The notes under the pieces are model-generated. The model ran no database searches. It was not told the origin of the DNA and saw only the letters and a list, made by a program, of their open reading frames with translations. From a virus: a DNA stretch of 64,000 nt. Made by a program: the position numbers and the translations under genes. Below, piece after piece: positions 1-9,710 of this stretch. The stretch is taken from the IMG/VR virus record IMGVR_UViG_3300030103_003573, positions 4,156 to 68,155 of that record. One strand, written 5' to 3'. The number at the start of each line of letters is the position of its first letter. The stretch's first letter is position 1.

Positions 1-2
1 AC

Positions 3-299
3 GGAAGCATTTGGCTTTACGCTTACTACACGACTGCACAGCACAGCACCAGCACGAGCAGCAATAGTGCCGCCGCCACAATCGTCAATTACCGACTCGA
101 CTCGCTTACTGGCGTCGGGACTCAATTTTTAACCACTCCGCCGATAAGAGGCGCTGACTCAAGTAGTCGTTTTTCTACGGGGTATTTATATTATGAGGTG
201 GCAAAACTCGAGGTTGTCGGAGGCGAGGTTTTCGTGACCGACCAGCTAGTAAACGGGCCGATCTATGTAAATGAGCTTTCTGACTCTGTTCTTTCTTAA
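3..299 (+). CDS. 5'-truncated hypothetical (likely virion/tail) protein
   Basis: Open frame from the window edge (GSIWLYAYY...VNELSDSVLS) to TAA at 297-299, co-oriented with downstream tail genes; translated by hand. Confidence 0.6.
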   Translation, partial: GSIWLYAYYTTAQHSTSTSSNSAAATIVNYRLDSLTGVGTQFLTTPPIRGADSSSRFSTGYLYYEVAKLEVVGGEVFVTDQLVNGPIYVNELSDSVLS

Positions 300-316
300 C
301 TTAAAACCAAATCATT

Positions 317-805
317 ATGGCAACTATCAGCAAAAGTAGCGCGCAGATGTCCTTGACCGGGACGTGCACGCCGCAACGAACAAACGTGAGCAATTCCGTC
401 TCGGTGGGATCTGCTCTTTCCACAAAATCATTTACTGACGCAAACGTCATTTACTCAATTAAGGTCACCGCTACCGGATCAACTGACGTTGTGAGTATTG
501 CGCTTGCAACTGGTGACGCAACCGCAACGACTGGTTCGCCAACAATCGCAGACAGCGGGGTGGATTTTGAAGGCGCAGACATTGGAACCGCTACAAAAAT
601 TTATGCAATTCAGGTGGAGCAGTTAGTTGACGGCGCAATGGCCGTTGATGGCGCGTTCACTGAATTTAACGGGATGGCAAAAGCAGGCGATAAGGCGCTC
701 TTCGTTTACAACGACGGAGTGGCGGTGACTAGCGACGTCCTTCTACTAGACCTTAACGCAACTGGCGTAAGCGCTGCTGTAACAGTTATCGGAAAAACCG
801 CGTAG
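317..805 (+). CDS. Putative beta-rich virion structural protein
   Basis: 162-aa Ser/Thr/Gly/Ala-rich ORF in a tightly packed operon upstream of the fibre. Confidence 0.6.
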   Translation: MATISKSSAQMSLTGTCTPQRTNVSNSVSVGSALSTKSFTDANVIYSIKVTATGSTDVVSIALATGDATATTGSPTIADSGVDFEGADIGTATKIYAIQVEQLVDGAMAVDGAFTEFNGMAKAGDKALFVYNDGVAVTSDVLLLDLNATGVSAAVTVIGKTA

Positions 806-816
806 TTTATAAAAGC

Positions 817-1197
817 ATGGCCAATATTGAACTCCAGCGTGGTCTAAATCAGACCATTAATGTCACCTACCTTCTGGCCGGGCAGACTACTCCGGTTGAC
901 CTCGGAGATTCTGGGGTTTATTCGGCTTCAATGGTAGTCCGTCGCAAAAGCGGCGAGAGCCTACAAGGCGCGGTTATTGACACACTAACCACTGCCAACG
1001 GGCGAGTAGTGTTGATTGATAATCCAGGTTCCGACGGTCCAAATATTCAATTGAAGTGGAACACCGCGCAAAGCGAAGCGCTACCAAATGAAGATCTGGT
1101 TATTTCTGGCGACCTAAAAATAACCAAGGTTGCAGACTCTCAAGTCGAACACCACATTCGCCTTACATTCGCACTAGACCAAGAAATCGTAGCATGA
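817..1197 (+). CDS. Putative tail-fibre adaptor (BppU-N-like) protein, copy 1
   Basis: MANIELQRG...PNIQLKWNTAQ...GDLKIT; clear homolog of 59894..60301; ATGA overlap with the fibre gene. Confidence 0.6.
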   Translation: MANIELQRGLNQTINVTYLLAGQTTPVDLGDSGVYSASMVVRRKSGESLQGAVIDTLTTANGRVVLIDNPGSDGPNIQLKWNTAQSEALPNEDLVISGDLKITKVADSQVEHHIRLTFALDQEIVA

Positions 1198-4100
1198 GCG
1201 TCACCGACAGCATTACAATCACCCAAGCAACCAATAAAGTCACCGTAACCGCTCAGGGCTCCGTAGGCCTTAACGCGGGCGGACAAATTGACGGCAACCT
1301 GGAGGTCACAGGAACGCTTGCGGTAGGCGGCAACCAACTTGGAAAAGACGTTAGATTTTGGGGGGAAACTGCAAACAAGTATTTCCTGTGGGATGCCAGC
1401 CAAGACAAAGTAATTATCACTGGGGACTTGCAGGTTGATGGCACGACTACAACAATCAATTCCACCGTTGTTAGCATAGCCGATCCGGTTTTCTCTTTGG
1501 GGGGCACAAGTGTCCCGACATCATCGGACAGCAAGGATAGAGGGATAGAGCATTTTTATTACGACACTTCCGCCGGGGTAGGTAAGCGCGGATTCTTTGG
1601 CTGGAGCAACGCGGATAACGCTTACAAGTTTTTGACCGATTGCCCAGACCCTTCCGGCGCTGAGATCTTTACCGGGACGGCTGGCAATCTTTTGACTGGC
1701 AACATTACCGCAGACAGCGCCAGTTCTTCAGGTCACATTAGCATTGCAAGGAACGGCCTGAATCGGTTGAAGTCAATGCTGGCTAACAATGATGGAGGGT
1801 GGCAATACGAGGGCAGCTCGGGCAACGTATTTTACGCAGGCGCAAGCGGTAACGATTACGTCATAAGAGACGGCAGCTTTTCAACAAGTGGCGATCTCCG
1901 CTTTATTGTTAGTCAGTCAGGAAACGTTGGAATCGGAGGAGTTACGGCACCAACTAGCTTGTTGGAAATAGCGGGAGACTTGGAAATTTCACCCACTGAG
2001 CCCACCATTAATTTAAATAGAAATAATGGCTCTTATAGTTGGAAGATTGTAAATGGCGCAGGAGGAGGTAACTTTCCGACATCTACGTTCAACATTGCGA
2101 ACAACGCAGGAAACCCAGTTATCACTGCGATTGACAGCGGAAAAGTCGGGATAGGAGTCGCCACCCCGACAAAAATTCTGTCTGTGAAATCAAGTGGAGC
2201 AGACGACGGAATCAGCTTAATAAAATCAAACTCTTCGAGCCTTATTGCCTCGCTTACCCAAACAGGAACGGGAGATGGAGCGTTTGTAGCAAAGAACGCC
2301 AGTGATGTCACAGCGCTTCTTTTGAGAGCGCAAGGAAACTCTTACTTTAACGGCGGAAATTTAGGGATAGGAGTCACGGCACCTGCCACAAAGCTAGACG
2401 TCGCTGACAAAATCCGCGTTGCGGAAAATAGCAACGTGGCGTTTTACGGTGCAGATTTCGTAAGGCTGTTTGTGAATCAGTCTTACTCTTTTACTGATTC
2501 TGGCGGCACGGTAAAAGCTAAGGTTGGACTTGCTGGAGATAGTTTTTTTAACGGCGGCAACGTCGGCATCGGAGTTACAAATCCGGTATATGACTTAACG
2601 GTTGCGGGTAACATTGGCCTCACCACCGGAACGACTAATTCTATCTTCCTGAACAATGGAAACGTCAGCGTAAAAGGGGATAGCAACAACAAGCTATTCC
2701 TTAATGCCCTCGACGAAATAAGACTAAGCACAGCGTCTACCGAAAGATTGAGAATTGAGTCCGGCGGCCTTGTGCGGGTATTCGGTGATCTTCAGGTGGA
2801 CGGAACAACGACGACCGTAAACAGCACCGTTGTCACCATAGATGATCCGGTGCTGACTCTTGGCGGCGACACCGCACCAAGCTCCGACGACAACAAAGAT
2901 CGTGGGATCGAATTCCGCTACTACGACGGCAGCGCCAAGATTGGCTTCATGGGCTGGGATGATAGCGCTGGCGGCTTTACCTTGCTGAAAGACGCAACCA
3001 ATTCTTCGGAAGTATTCAGCGGAACGGCTACAAATTTAACTCTCGGAGAGGCAGTATTGACTGACGCTTCTTCAGGAAGCACCCACCGTATTCAAGCAAC
3101 CGGCAATAATTTTTTCTTTCACTTAGCGCACGGAGTCTTCCAATACTCATGCGGCGTGCGTGGAAACAGAGGCTCTTCCGTTGGGATGGAAAGCGGTGGA
3201 ATAAATAGTTATTTGGCGCTATGCGCTGGCGGATCAGAAAAGGTAAGGATCGCAACCAATGGAAACGTCGGCATAGCCAACAATAATCCAGCGCAAAAAT
3301 TGTCAGTCACAGGTAGTGCGGCGATTTCTTCGACTTTATACCTTGGAAGCGAAAGCGCGACTGGAACAAGAATCCAAGCTGATTCAGGCGTAATACGAGG
3401 GTTTTACACTTCAGGGTCAGATGCTAGATTCCACTTGGGTAGGGACGCATTTGCCGGTGGTTACGCAGGTCTAATCATGGGTGGGTCTGGCGGCTACTCT
3501 GGTATTGGGGCGACTACAACTGGGAACGATTTATTGTTCTCAACCAATATGGCGGCGGCAGCGGGAGGTATTGCCACGGAAAGGATGCGAATTGATTCCG
3601 CTGGAAACGTCGGCATCGGAACTACGGCACCGGCAGCTGCGCTTCATGTTTTAGGTAAAACTATAATTCAAGCTCCTGACGGGTCTAACACCACATTAGA
3701 ACTTCGTAATCCAGTTGATAATGATAGAGGTTTTAGATTTGTTTCAGTTGCCACATCTGGCGGTGCTTCTGGAACATTTGATTTAGAAGGCTTTGGCGCT
3801 GGCGGTACTCTTAGATCAGCAATGGATTGGGTACCCGCAGGGAACCTCTCCTTCAATTTAGGCTCTTCTGGTGGTGTTTGGACAACAACTTTTACCAGAA
3901 ACGTAAAGGGTAGGAATAATGCATCACAAGGCGACTTAAATTTGAGGAGTGGGCACAGCAATAGGCCTCTTACATTCGGGATCGATACAACCGAATACAT
4001 GCGTGTTCATTCGGATGGAAATGTAGGGATAGGAGCCGCTTTACCGGCATACCCGCTACACATAAACGGAGCAACCACTGCAACGCTTGCGATCCAGTGC

Positions 4101-7100
4101 AACGGCAACAATGCAGAAGGAAGCAAGATTCGACTCATTGAAGGCAGCAGCAATTACTCAGGCGCGTTTGTTCATTACGATGGGAGCGCCAACGCATTAA
4201 ACATCGGCGTTCACGAAAACAATAACACTACACTTTCTGATGACACAAACGTCATCACCATTCCCCGCGATACGGGGCGGGTCGGCATCGGCACGGCGGC
4301 ACCCAATGCGTTGCTTGATGTGGCAGGGCCTATTTTTGCAGGAACATCCCAGCGGTTAAGTCTAGGAGGGCACCAAGATACCTTCACTGGATCGTTTTCT
4401 ATAATATCCCAAAACGATCACGGAGACTTTTCATTTGCTAGTAACCTACGAGTAGACTCAGACCGCAACTTTACTACTGTCAACAACCACTCCACTATGG
4501 CTGGTGGAGCTATGGTGATAGCTGGTAACGGTAACTCTTTTGGCACCAATTCAATTTACTTCCTAAGCCAACCTTCTGGCAGCACCACTGCTGGAACAGA
4601 AGTGGACGAGGCGGGTGCTAGAATGATCATCAAAAATGACGGAAACGTCGGCATCGGCACTACGAGTCCAGCTTATAAACTTCATAATGCAGGAACCTCT
4701 AGATTAGAGGGTAAAGTAACCTTAGGTGGGAGTGTAAACAATACCATTCAAGGTCAGGGACTTGGAATGAACTTTAAAGCGGCTGGGGATTTCAATTACT
4801 TCACGACAGCCGATGGGGGGTCTCAAAAAATAGTGTTCAAAGGAGACGGCAAGGTCGGCATTGGCACTACGTCACCATCAGCAAATCTCCACATAGCGAA
4901 TGCTGGAGACGCGTCTTTAATTATCGAAGCTGACACAGGAAACAGTGACGAAAACGCAAACCCTAGCCTCGTCTTTAGACAAGACGGCAACAACGTCAGA
5001 GCAGAAGCTGGAATCGTCGGAGACGCAGGTCAGATCTATACTGGCAGCCTTGAGAATAGTGCTTATTTAGGGTCTGTTGGGAATTACCCGTTACAGTTGT
5101 TTACGAATGACACGGCCCGTTTAACCGTTGTCAACAGCGGAAACGTCGGCATCGGAACTACGGCACCTGCGGCCACGTTGCAGGTTAAATCATCCTCTGC
5201 TTCGCATAGTGCCATTATAGGAAGATACGGAAATGATGATGGATTGTTCCTTCATTCTGAGGCCGGATCTAGTCATTACAACTGGATGATCACCACTCAG
5301 GATAATGTTGATAAAGGGTTTGAGATCATCCCATCGACAGCAGTCGGTAATCAAACCTTCTCTACACCTGCTTTTGTTATAAAAGCCGACACTGGAAACG
5401 TCGGCATCGGCACTACGGCACCGGCCACGAAGCTAGACGTCGCTGACAAAATCCGCGTTGCGGAAAACAGCAATGTGGCGTTTTACGGAGCAGATTTCGT
5501 GAGGCTGTTTGTAAACCAGTCTTACTCTTTTGCTAATTCTGGCGGCACGGTAAAAGCTAAGATTGGACTTGCTGGCGACTCTTACTTTAACGGAGGGAGC
5601 GTCGGTATCTCTACTACAGCCCCCGACTACAGGCTCGACATCGGCGGCGATACAGCAAGCACATCCAACACCCTCCGAATGGTTCAGGCTAACGGGGGGA
5701 CTGCTATCAGGATTGGAGCAGGGGGCTTGAGTAATGATGTGACCTTGCTGCGCGTCGATGGTGGCGGCGATCCCCCGCTGGTGCTCGGGGAGTCAGACTC
5801 CGCAGGATTTGGCTTCTCTCTCAAATACATGGGATCGAGAAGCGGCAACGCTAATTCTCTTTCTATATTTTCAGACAACCAAGCCGCCGGTAGCCAAGTC
5901 GAAGCCATCACAATCTTTCAGGATGGCAAGGTCGGGTTGAACAATACCAGTCCCGTTCACACCTTCGACATAACAGGCAGCATTCGTTTTTCGTCAGGCT
6001 CCGTTGCAGATGCTGACCTTACTTTTCAAGACGGCAAGAGGGCGCAATTCGGGAACTCGAACGACCTGACTATTTCCCACAGTGCGAACCACAACTTTGT
6101 GACTTCAAACAACGGAGACATTCGGTTCACTACAAACAGCACCGAAAGACTTCGCATCGAAGACACCACCGGCCTTGTGAGGGTCTTCGGTGATCTTCAA
6201 GTAGACGGCACGACGACCACAGTCAATTCAACTACGGTCACGTTAGATGATCCGGTCCTTACATTGGGTGGAGACACCGCACCCTCTTCCGACGACAACA
6301 AAGATCGCGGGATAGAATTCCGTTATTACGACGGTAGCGCAAAGGTTGGCTTCATGGGGTGGGACGATAGTCATGATGGATTTACTTTCTTAAAAAATGC
6401 AACGAACTCCTCTGAGGTGTTCAGTGGAACTCCTGCGCGAATAGTAACCGGCGCAATTACCGCAGGAGGCAACATGAACCTTCTGAATAATCAGATTGAA
6501 AAATGTTCTGCTATTTTAGGATCTGGCGCTACTGGCGACTTATCTCTAAAAGACGGCGATGGGACAGAGTTCCTGCGTCTTGATGCCAGCGCGAACGAAA
6601 CAACTCTCAGCAAAAATCTGACCGCAGCAGACAACGTAATGTTTAAAGCTGGAACCGATGGCGATCTGAGAGTGTTTTTTGACGGGTCGAACGGCAACAT
6701 CGCAAACGTCACAGGCGATTTAGTAGTGTCCACAAGCACTGCTCAAAGAAAGATTTTCATGCGAGCGCCTGATGGCTCGGGAGGCGTTACTAACTACATG
6801 ACGTTTGATGGGTTTTTTGGTTTTACCACCCTGCAAAAACGGCTTCGCGCAGAGGATAATGTAAAAATTGAAGTCGGCGGTACAGGAGATTGTTATTTGG
6901 AGCACGACGGCACTGACTCTGAAATAACAAACCAGACTGGCGACCTATACATCAAGAACACTGCCGACAATAAAGACATCATCTTCCAGTCTGACGATGG
7001 TAGTGGTGGGGTCCACACCTACTTCTTCCTCGACGGCAATACCGGCTACACCAACTTCCCTGACGCGAAGCACCTGTCGTTTGGAACAGGACACGATTTC

Positions 7101-9248
7101 CTAATCCATCACGACAGCAACCATACTTACCTTGAGCAGAACGGAACGGGGCATCTGCACATCCGTCAAAACACAAACGATGGGGACATACTCCTCCAGT
7201 CAGACGATGGCAGCGGCGGTCTTGCTACTTACATAACCATAGACGGTAGCGCCACTAGAACGAATTTCCACAAGAACGTAAAGCTTGAGGATGACGTTGT
7301 GCTCGGTCTTGGCAATGGATTTGACCTCTCGCTTTATCATAACGGAACGGAGTCGTTCATTCAGAATGAAGTCGGCGATCTAACCTTTAGACAAAACCAA
7401 GACAACAGGGATATTATTTTCCAAGCGGACGACGGTAGCGGTGGCGTAACAGAATACTTGCGTTTAGACGGAGGTTTTAGTGGGCCACAAATAAGAATAC
7501 CGGACGATGTTGGTGTCAACATTGGTAACGGTCTTGATTTGAGAATCACCCATAATAGTAACGGTAGTTTTATCAGTTCGGTCGGCAATAATGCGGGAAA
7601 TTTCCACATCCGACAATCGAGTCCAGATCAAGATCTGATATTCATGGCAGACAACGGAGTGAGCGATGGCAACATGGCTACTTACTTCTTCTTGGACGGA
7701 TCAGCCGCTACCCACGATGGGTCAAATACTACCGCCCTTTTCACCGTATTCCCTGACAAGTCACGTATCAGTCTTGGCACCTCGAATGATTGCTACCTGT
7801 ATCACGACAGCGCGGATACTTATATTGAGAATGCAACGGGCGACCTTGAGATAATCAACGGGGCCAACGATAAAGACATCCTTTTCAAATGTGATGACGG
7901 CTCCGGCGGTCTTGCTACCTACATGACCATAGACGGGTCAGCAGTATCAACGACTCTACAGAAAACCCTTAGAGCAGAGGACAATGTAAGAATAGAGGCG
8001 GGAACTGGCGGAGACTTTCAAATTGTCCACAGTGGCGCTCATGCGTCCATGACCAACGCTACAGGCAATCTTACTATCCAACAACAGGCCGACGACTCTG
8101 GGATCATTTTCATGAATGATAACGGCTCTGGGGCGACGACCGAATACTTCCGCCTCGCTGGAGAGCTAGCAAACGGCACAAATGTTTTCACCCGCTTCCC
8201 CGACAATAGCATACTTACTTTTGGTTCGAGTAGTGACCTTCAGATCAAGCACGACGGTGCTGTTTCCCTGATAGATAACTACACCGGTGATCTTCATATC
8301 CGAAACTATGCTGACAACGGCGACATCACGTTTAGGAATGACGATGGTTCGGGAGGCGACACGCAGTATTTCCGTTTAGACGGTGGGCAAGCCAGCTCTG
8401 GCAATGTGTTCACAATCTTCCCTGATAACAGCTACATCGGACTAGGTAGTAATGGCTCGGGCGACTTCATCATGGCCCATAACGGGACCAACACGACGTT
8501 CGCGAACTACACAGGAAATCTGGAAATTAGCAATAACACCGACGACGGAGACATTCTGTTCTCGTGTGATGACGGCAGCGGCGGTCTTGCTGAGTACTTC
8601 CGCTTAGATGGTAGTGTTGGTGGCGGTTCAACTGTACACACAGTTTTTCCTGATAATAGTAAAGCTGTTTTTGGAGCTGGTTTAGACACACAAATATGGC
8701 ACGATGGAACAAACTCTTATATAAAACAACAAGGTGGTGGTAATTTAATAATACAACAAACATCTGCTGATAAAGACATCATTTTCCAGTCAGACGACGG
8801 CAGCGGCGGCACGACTTCCTACCTGACCATCGACGGTAGTGCGACCAAAATACAAGCCGACAAGGACTTATGCCTTTCTGACGGTGTATACCTTTACATG
8901 GGGTCGGACAACGACTTCGACGCAAGGCACAACGGCACCGACTTTCAGGCTAGGTGTTCGACAGGGGACATGAACTTCATTCAGGCAGACTCTGATCAAG
9001 ACATGGTGTTCCAATGTGACAACGGGAGCGGATCGCCGACGCCCTACATCACCCTCGACGGTAGCGAAGAAGAGGTCGTCTTCAGCAAGAAGATAAGAGC
9101 CACAGCTATCATCCAAAGCCCGTCATCAAGCATAACACCAGCAAACAATGGCGAGCTGGTCGTTGAAGCCACTACGAACAGCAAAATTACGTTCAAGTTG
9201 AAAGGGACCGATGGAGTTGTCAGAAGTGCTGTAATTACCTTATCTTAA
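1194..9248 (+). CDS. Giant modular tail fibre / receptor-binding protein (2684 aa)
   Basis: About 14 GNVGIGxxxP-type junctions, three GDLQVDGTTTT...KDRGIE neck modules, and a C-terminal array of ~70-aa units containing DIIFxxDDGSGG. Confidence 0.85.
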   Translation: MSVTDSITITQATNKVTVTAQGSVGLNAGGQIDGNLEVTGTLAVGGNQLGKDVRFWGETANKYFLWDASQDKVIITGDLQVDGTTTTINSTVVSIADPVFSLGGTSVPTSSDSKDRGIEHFYYDTSAGVGKRGFFGWSNADNAYKFLTDCPDPSGAEIFTGTAGNLLTGNITADSASSSGHISIARNGLNRLKSMLANNDGGWQYEGSSGNVFYAGASGNDYVIRDGSFSTSGDLRFIVSQSGNVGIGGVTAPTSLLEIAGDLEISPTEPTINLNRNNGSYSWKIVNGAGGGNFPTSTFNIANNAGNPVITAIDSGKVGIGVATPTKILSVKSSGADDGISLIKSNSSSLIASLTQTGTGDGAFVAKNASDVTALLLRAQGNSYFNGGNLGIGVTAPATKLDVADKIRVAENSNVAFYGADFVRLFVNQSYSFTDSGGTVKAKVGLAGDSFFNGGNVGIGVTNPVYDLTVAGNIGLTTGTTNSIFLNNGNVSVKGDSNNKLFLNALDEIRLSTASTERLRIESGGLVRVFGDLQVDGTTTTVNSTVVTIDDPVLTLGGDTAPSSDDNKDRGIEFRYYDGSAKIGFMGWDDSAGGFTLLKDATNSSEVFSGTATNLTLGEAVLTDASSGSTHRIQATGNNFFFHLAHGVFQYSCGVRGNRGSSVGMESGGINSYLALCAGGSEKVRIATNGNVGIANNNPAQKLSVTGSAAISSTLYLGSESATGTRIQADSGVIRGFYTSGSDARFHLGRDAFAGGYAGLIMGGSGGYSGIGATTTGNDLLFSTNMAAAAGGIATERMRIDSAGNVGIGTTAPAAALHVLGKTIIQAPDGSNTTLELRNPVDNDRGFRFVSVATSGGASGTFDLEGFGAGGTLRSAMDWVPAGNLSFNLGSSGGVWTTTFTRNVKGRNNASQGDLNLRSGHSNRPLTFGIDTTEYMRVHSDGNVGIGAALPAYPLHINGATTATLAIQCNGNNAEGSKIRLIEGSSNYSGAFVHYDGSANALNIGVHENNNTTLSDDTNVITIPRDTGRVGIGTAAPNALLDVAGPIFAGTSQRLSLGGHQDTFTGSFSIISQNDHGDFSFASNLRVDSDRNFTTVNNHSTMAGGAMVIAGNGNSFGTNSIYFLSQPSGSTTAGTEVDEAGARMIIKNDGNVGIGTTSPAYKLHNAGTSRLEGKVTLGGSVNNTIQGQGLGMNFKAAGDFNYFTTADGGSQKIVFKGDGKVGIGTTSPSANLHIANAGDASLIIEADTGNSDENANPSLVFRQDGNNVRAEAGIVGDAGQIYTGSLENSAYLGSVGNYPLQLFTNDTARLTVVNSGNVGIGTTAPAATLQVKSSSASHSAIIGRYGNDDGLFLHSEAGSSHYNWMITTQDNVDKGFEIIPSTAVGNQTFSTPAFVIKADTGNVGIGTTAPATKLDVADKIRVAENSNVAFYGADFVRLFVNQSYSFANSGGTVKAKIGLAGDSYFNGGSVGISTTAPDYRLDIGGDTASTSNTLRMVQANGGTAIRIGAGGLSNDVTLLRVDGGGDPPLVLGESDSAGFGFSLKYMGSRSGNANSLSIFSDNQAAGSQVEAITIFQDGKVGLNNTSPVHTFDITGSIRFSSGSVADADLTFQDGKRAQFGNSNDLTISHSANHNFVTSNNGDIRFTTNSTERLRIEDTTGLVRVFGDLQVDGTTTTVNSTTVTLDDPVLTLGGDTAPSSDDNKDRGIEFRYYDGSAKVGFMGWDDSHDGFTFLKNATNSSEVFSGTPARIVTGAITAGGNMNLLNNQIEKCSAILGSGATGDLSLKDGDGTEFLRLDASANETTLSKNLTAADNVMFKAGTDGDLRVFFDGSNGNIANVTGDLVVSTSTAQRKIFMRAPDGSGGVTNYMTFDGFFGFTTLQKRLRAEDNVKIEVGGTGDCYLEHDGTDSEITNQTGDLYIKNTADNKDIIFQSDDGSGGVHTYFFLDGNTGYTNFPDAKHLSFGTGHDFLIHHDSNHTYLEQNGTGHLHIRQNTNDGDILLQSDDGSGGLATYITIDGSATRTNFHKNVKLEDDVVLGLGNGFDLSLYHNGTESFIQNEVGDLTFRQNQDNRDIIFQADDGSGGVTEYLRLDGGFSGPQIRIPDDVGVNIGNGLDLRITHNSNGSFISSVGNNAGNFHIRQSSPDQDLIFMADNGVSDGNMATYFFLDGSAATHDGSNTTALFTVFPDKSRISLGTSNDCYLYHDSADTYIENATGDLEIINGANDKDILFKCDDGSGGLATYMTIDGSAVSTTLQKTLRAEDNVRIEAGTGGDFQIVHSGAHASMTNATGNLTIQQQADDSGIIFMNDNGSGATTEYFRLAGELANGTNVFTRFPDNSILTFGSSSDLQIKHDGAVSLIDNYTGDLHIRNYADNGDITFRNDDGSGGDTQYFRLDGGQASSGNVFTIFPDNSYIGLGSNGSGDFIMAHNGTNTTFANYTGNLEISNNTDDGDILFSCDDGSGGLAEYFRLDGSVGGGSTVHTVFPDNSKAVFGAGLDTQIWHDGTNSYIKQQGGGNLIIQQTSADKDIIFQSDDGSGGTTSYLTIDGSATKIQADKDLCLSDGVYLYMGSDNDFDARHNGTDFQARCSTGDMNFIQADSDQDMVFQCDNGSGSPTPYITLDGSEEEVVFSKKIRATAIIQSPSSSITPANNGELVVEATTNSKITFKLKGTDGVVRSAVITLS
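2376..2554 (+). repeat. Internal fibre module duplicated at 5415-5593
   Basis: ATKLDVADKIRVAENSNVAFYGADFVRLFVNQSYSF...GLAGDS occurs twice, with mostly synonymous nucleotide differences. Confidence 0.9.
2562..3029 (+). repeat. Fibre module plus neck shared with 63238-63705
   Basis: The first ~190 bp differ at about 3 synonymous sites; the neck part is more diverged but nearly identical in protein. Confidence 0.9.
3264..3351 (+). repeat. 88-bp exact repeat of the window end (63913-64000)
   Basis: aacgtcggcatagccaac...cttggaagcg is identical at both loci, offset 60,649 bp. Confidence 0.95.
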
Positions 9249-9262
9249 AAAGGAGAAAATAG

Positions 9263-9291
9263 TTGAACCCCAACCATTTTCCCTCTAGTTT
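9263..9291 (+). promoter_or_regulatory. Sigma70-like promoter, probably leaderless transcript
   Basis: TTGAAC-17-TAGTTT; ATG at 9298 follows the -10 box after 6 intervening nt. Confidence 0.45.
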
Positions 9292-9297
9292 TTCCCC

Positions 9298-9501
9298 ATG
9301 GCTAACATCGAACTATCCGACGACGAACGTCGCGCTCTCGTCCAACTCATTGACATCGCTGTGAAAGCAGGTGGACTCGGAGTGGCAGAACCCGCCACCC
9401 TCCTATTCGCTAAGATTCGCGACGTAGAACCACAGCTTGAAGCGGTTGAAGAACCACAGCTTGAAGCGGTTGAATCCCCTGAAGAGGGGGAAGATGTGTA
9501 G
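9298..9501 (+). CDS. Small acidic protein downstream of the fibre (possible fibre chaperone)
   Basis: 67-aa ORF between a promoter and a terminator; function inferred from position only. Confidence 0.6.
   Translation: MANIELSDDERRALVQLIDIAVKAGGLGVAEPATLLFAKIRDVEPQLEAVEEPQLEAVESPEEGEDV
9427..9474 (+). repeat. 24-bp tandem duplication (EPQLEAVE x2)
   Basis: gaaccacagcttgaagcggttgaa twice in tandem. Confidence 0.9.
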
Positions 9502-9531
9502 GCGTAGAGAGGGGGAAGTTTCTCCACCAAC

Positions 9532-9571
9532 AGAGCAACCTAGCTTTTCAGCGGGTTGCTCTTTAATTTTT
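9532..9571 (+). terminator. Intrinsic terminator
   Basis: agagcaacc...ggttgctct stem followed by ttaattttt. Confidence 0.65.
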
Positions 9572-9670
9572 ATAGGGACTGCCTTGTTTTTAGCCGTCTC
9601 TGGGGCGCGTATTTGTAGACGCAAAAAGCGGATAGCGCGTATTTACAAGTCTCGCATCCGCCTTAACCAC

Positions 9671-9698
9671 TTGAAATCCAGCCTCGTTTGAATATAAT
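9671..9698 (+). promoter_or_regulatory. Sigma70-like promoter
   Basis: TTGAAA-16-TATAAT, 12 nt before ATG 9711. Confidence 0.6.
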
Positions 9699-9710
9699 TC
9701 AACTGACTAA

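Noticed and set aside
2376-5593. Diversity-generating retroelement TR/VR pair
   Set aside because: Differences are mostly synonymous and not adenine-specific, both copies are coding, and no reverse transcriptase is present
1194-9248. Invertase-driven shufflon
   Set aside because: All modules and junctions are in direct orientation within one ORF, and no invertase gene was found
9553-9562. Match of ggttgctct to the start of the 27-bp capsid-leader motif
   Set aside because: Only 9 bp and explained as one arm of a terminator; likely chance
9437-9691. 84-aa ORF with a hydrophobic stretch
   Set aside because: It runs through a terminator hairpin and the next promoter and overlaps 9298..9501; probably spurious
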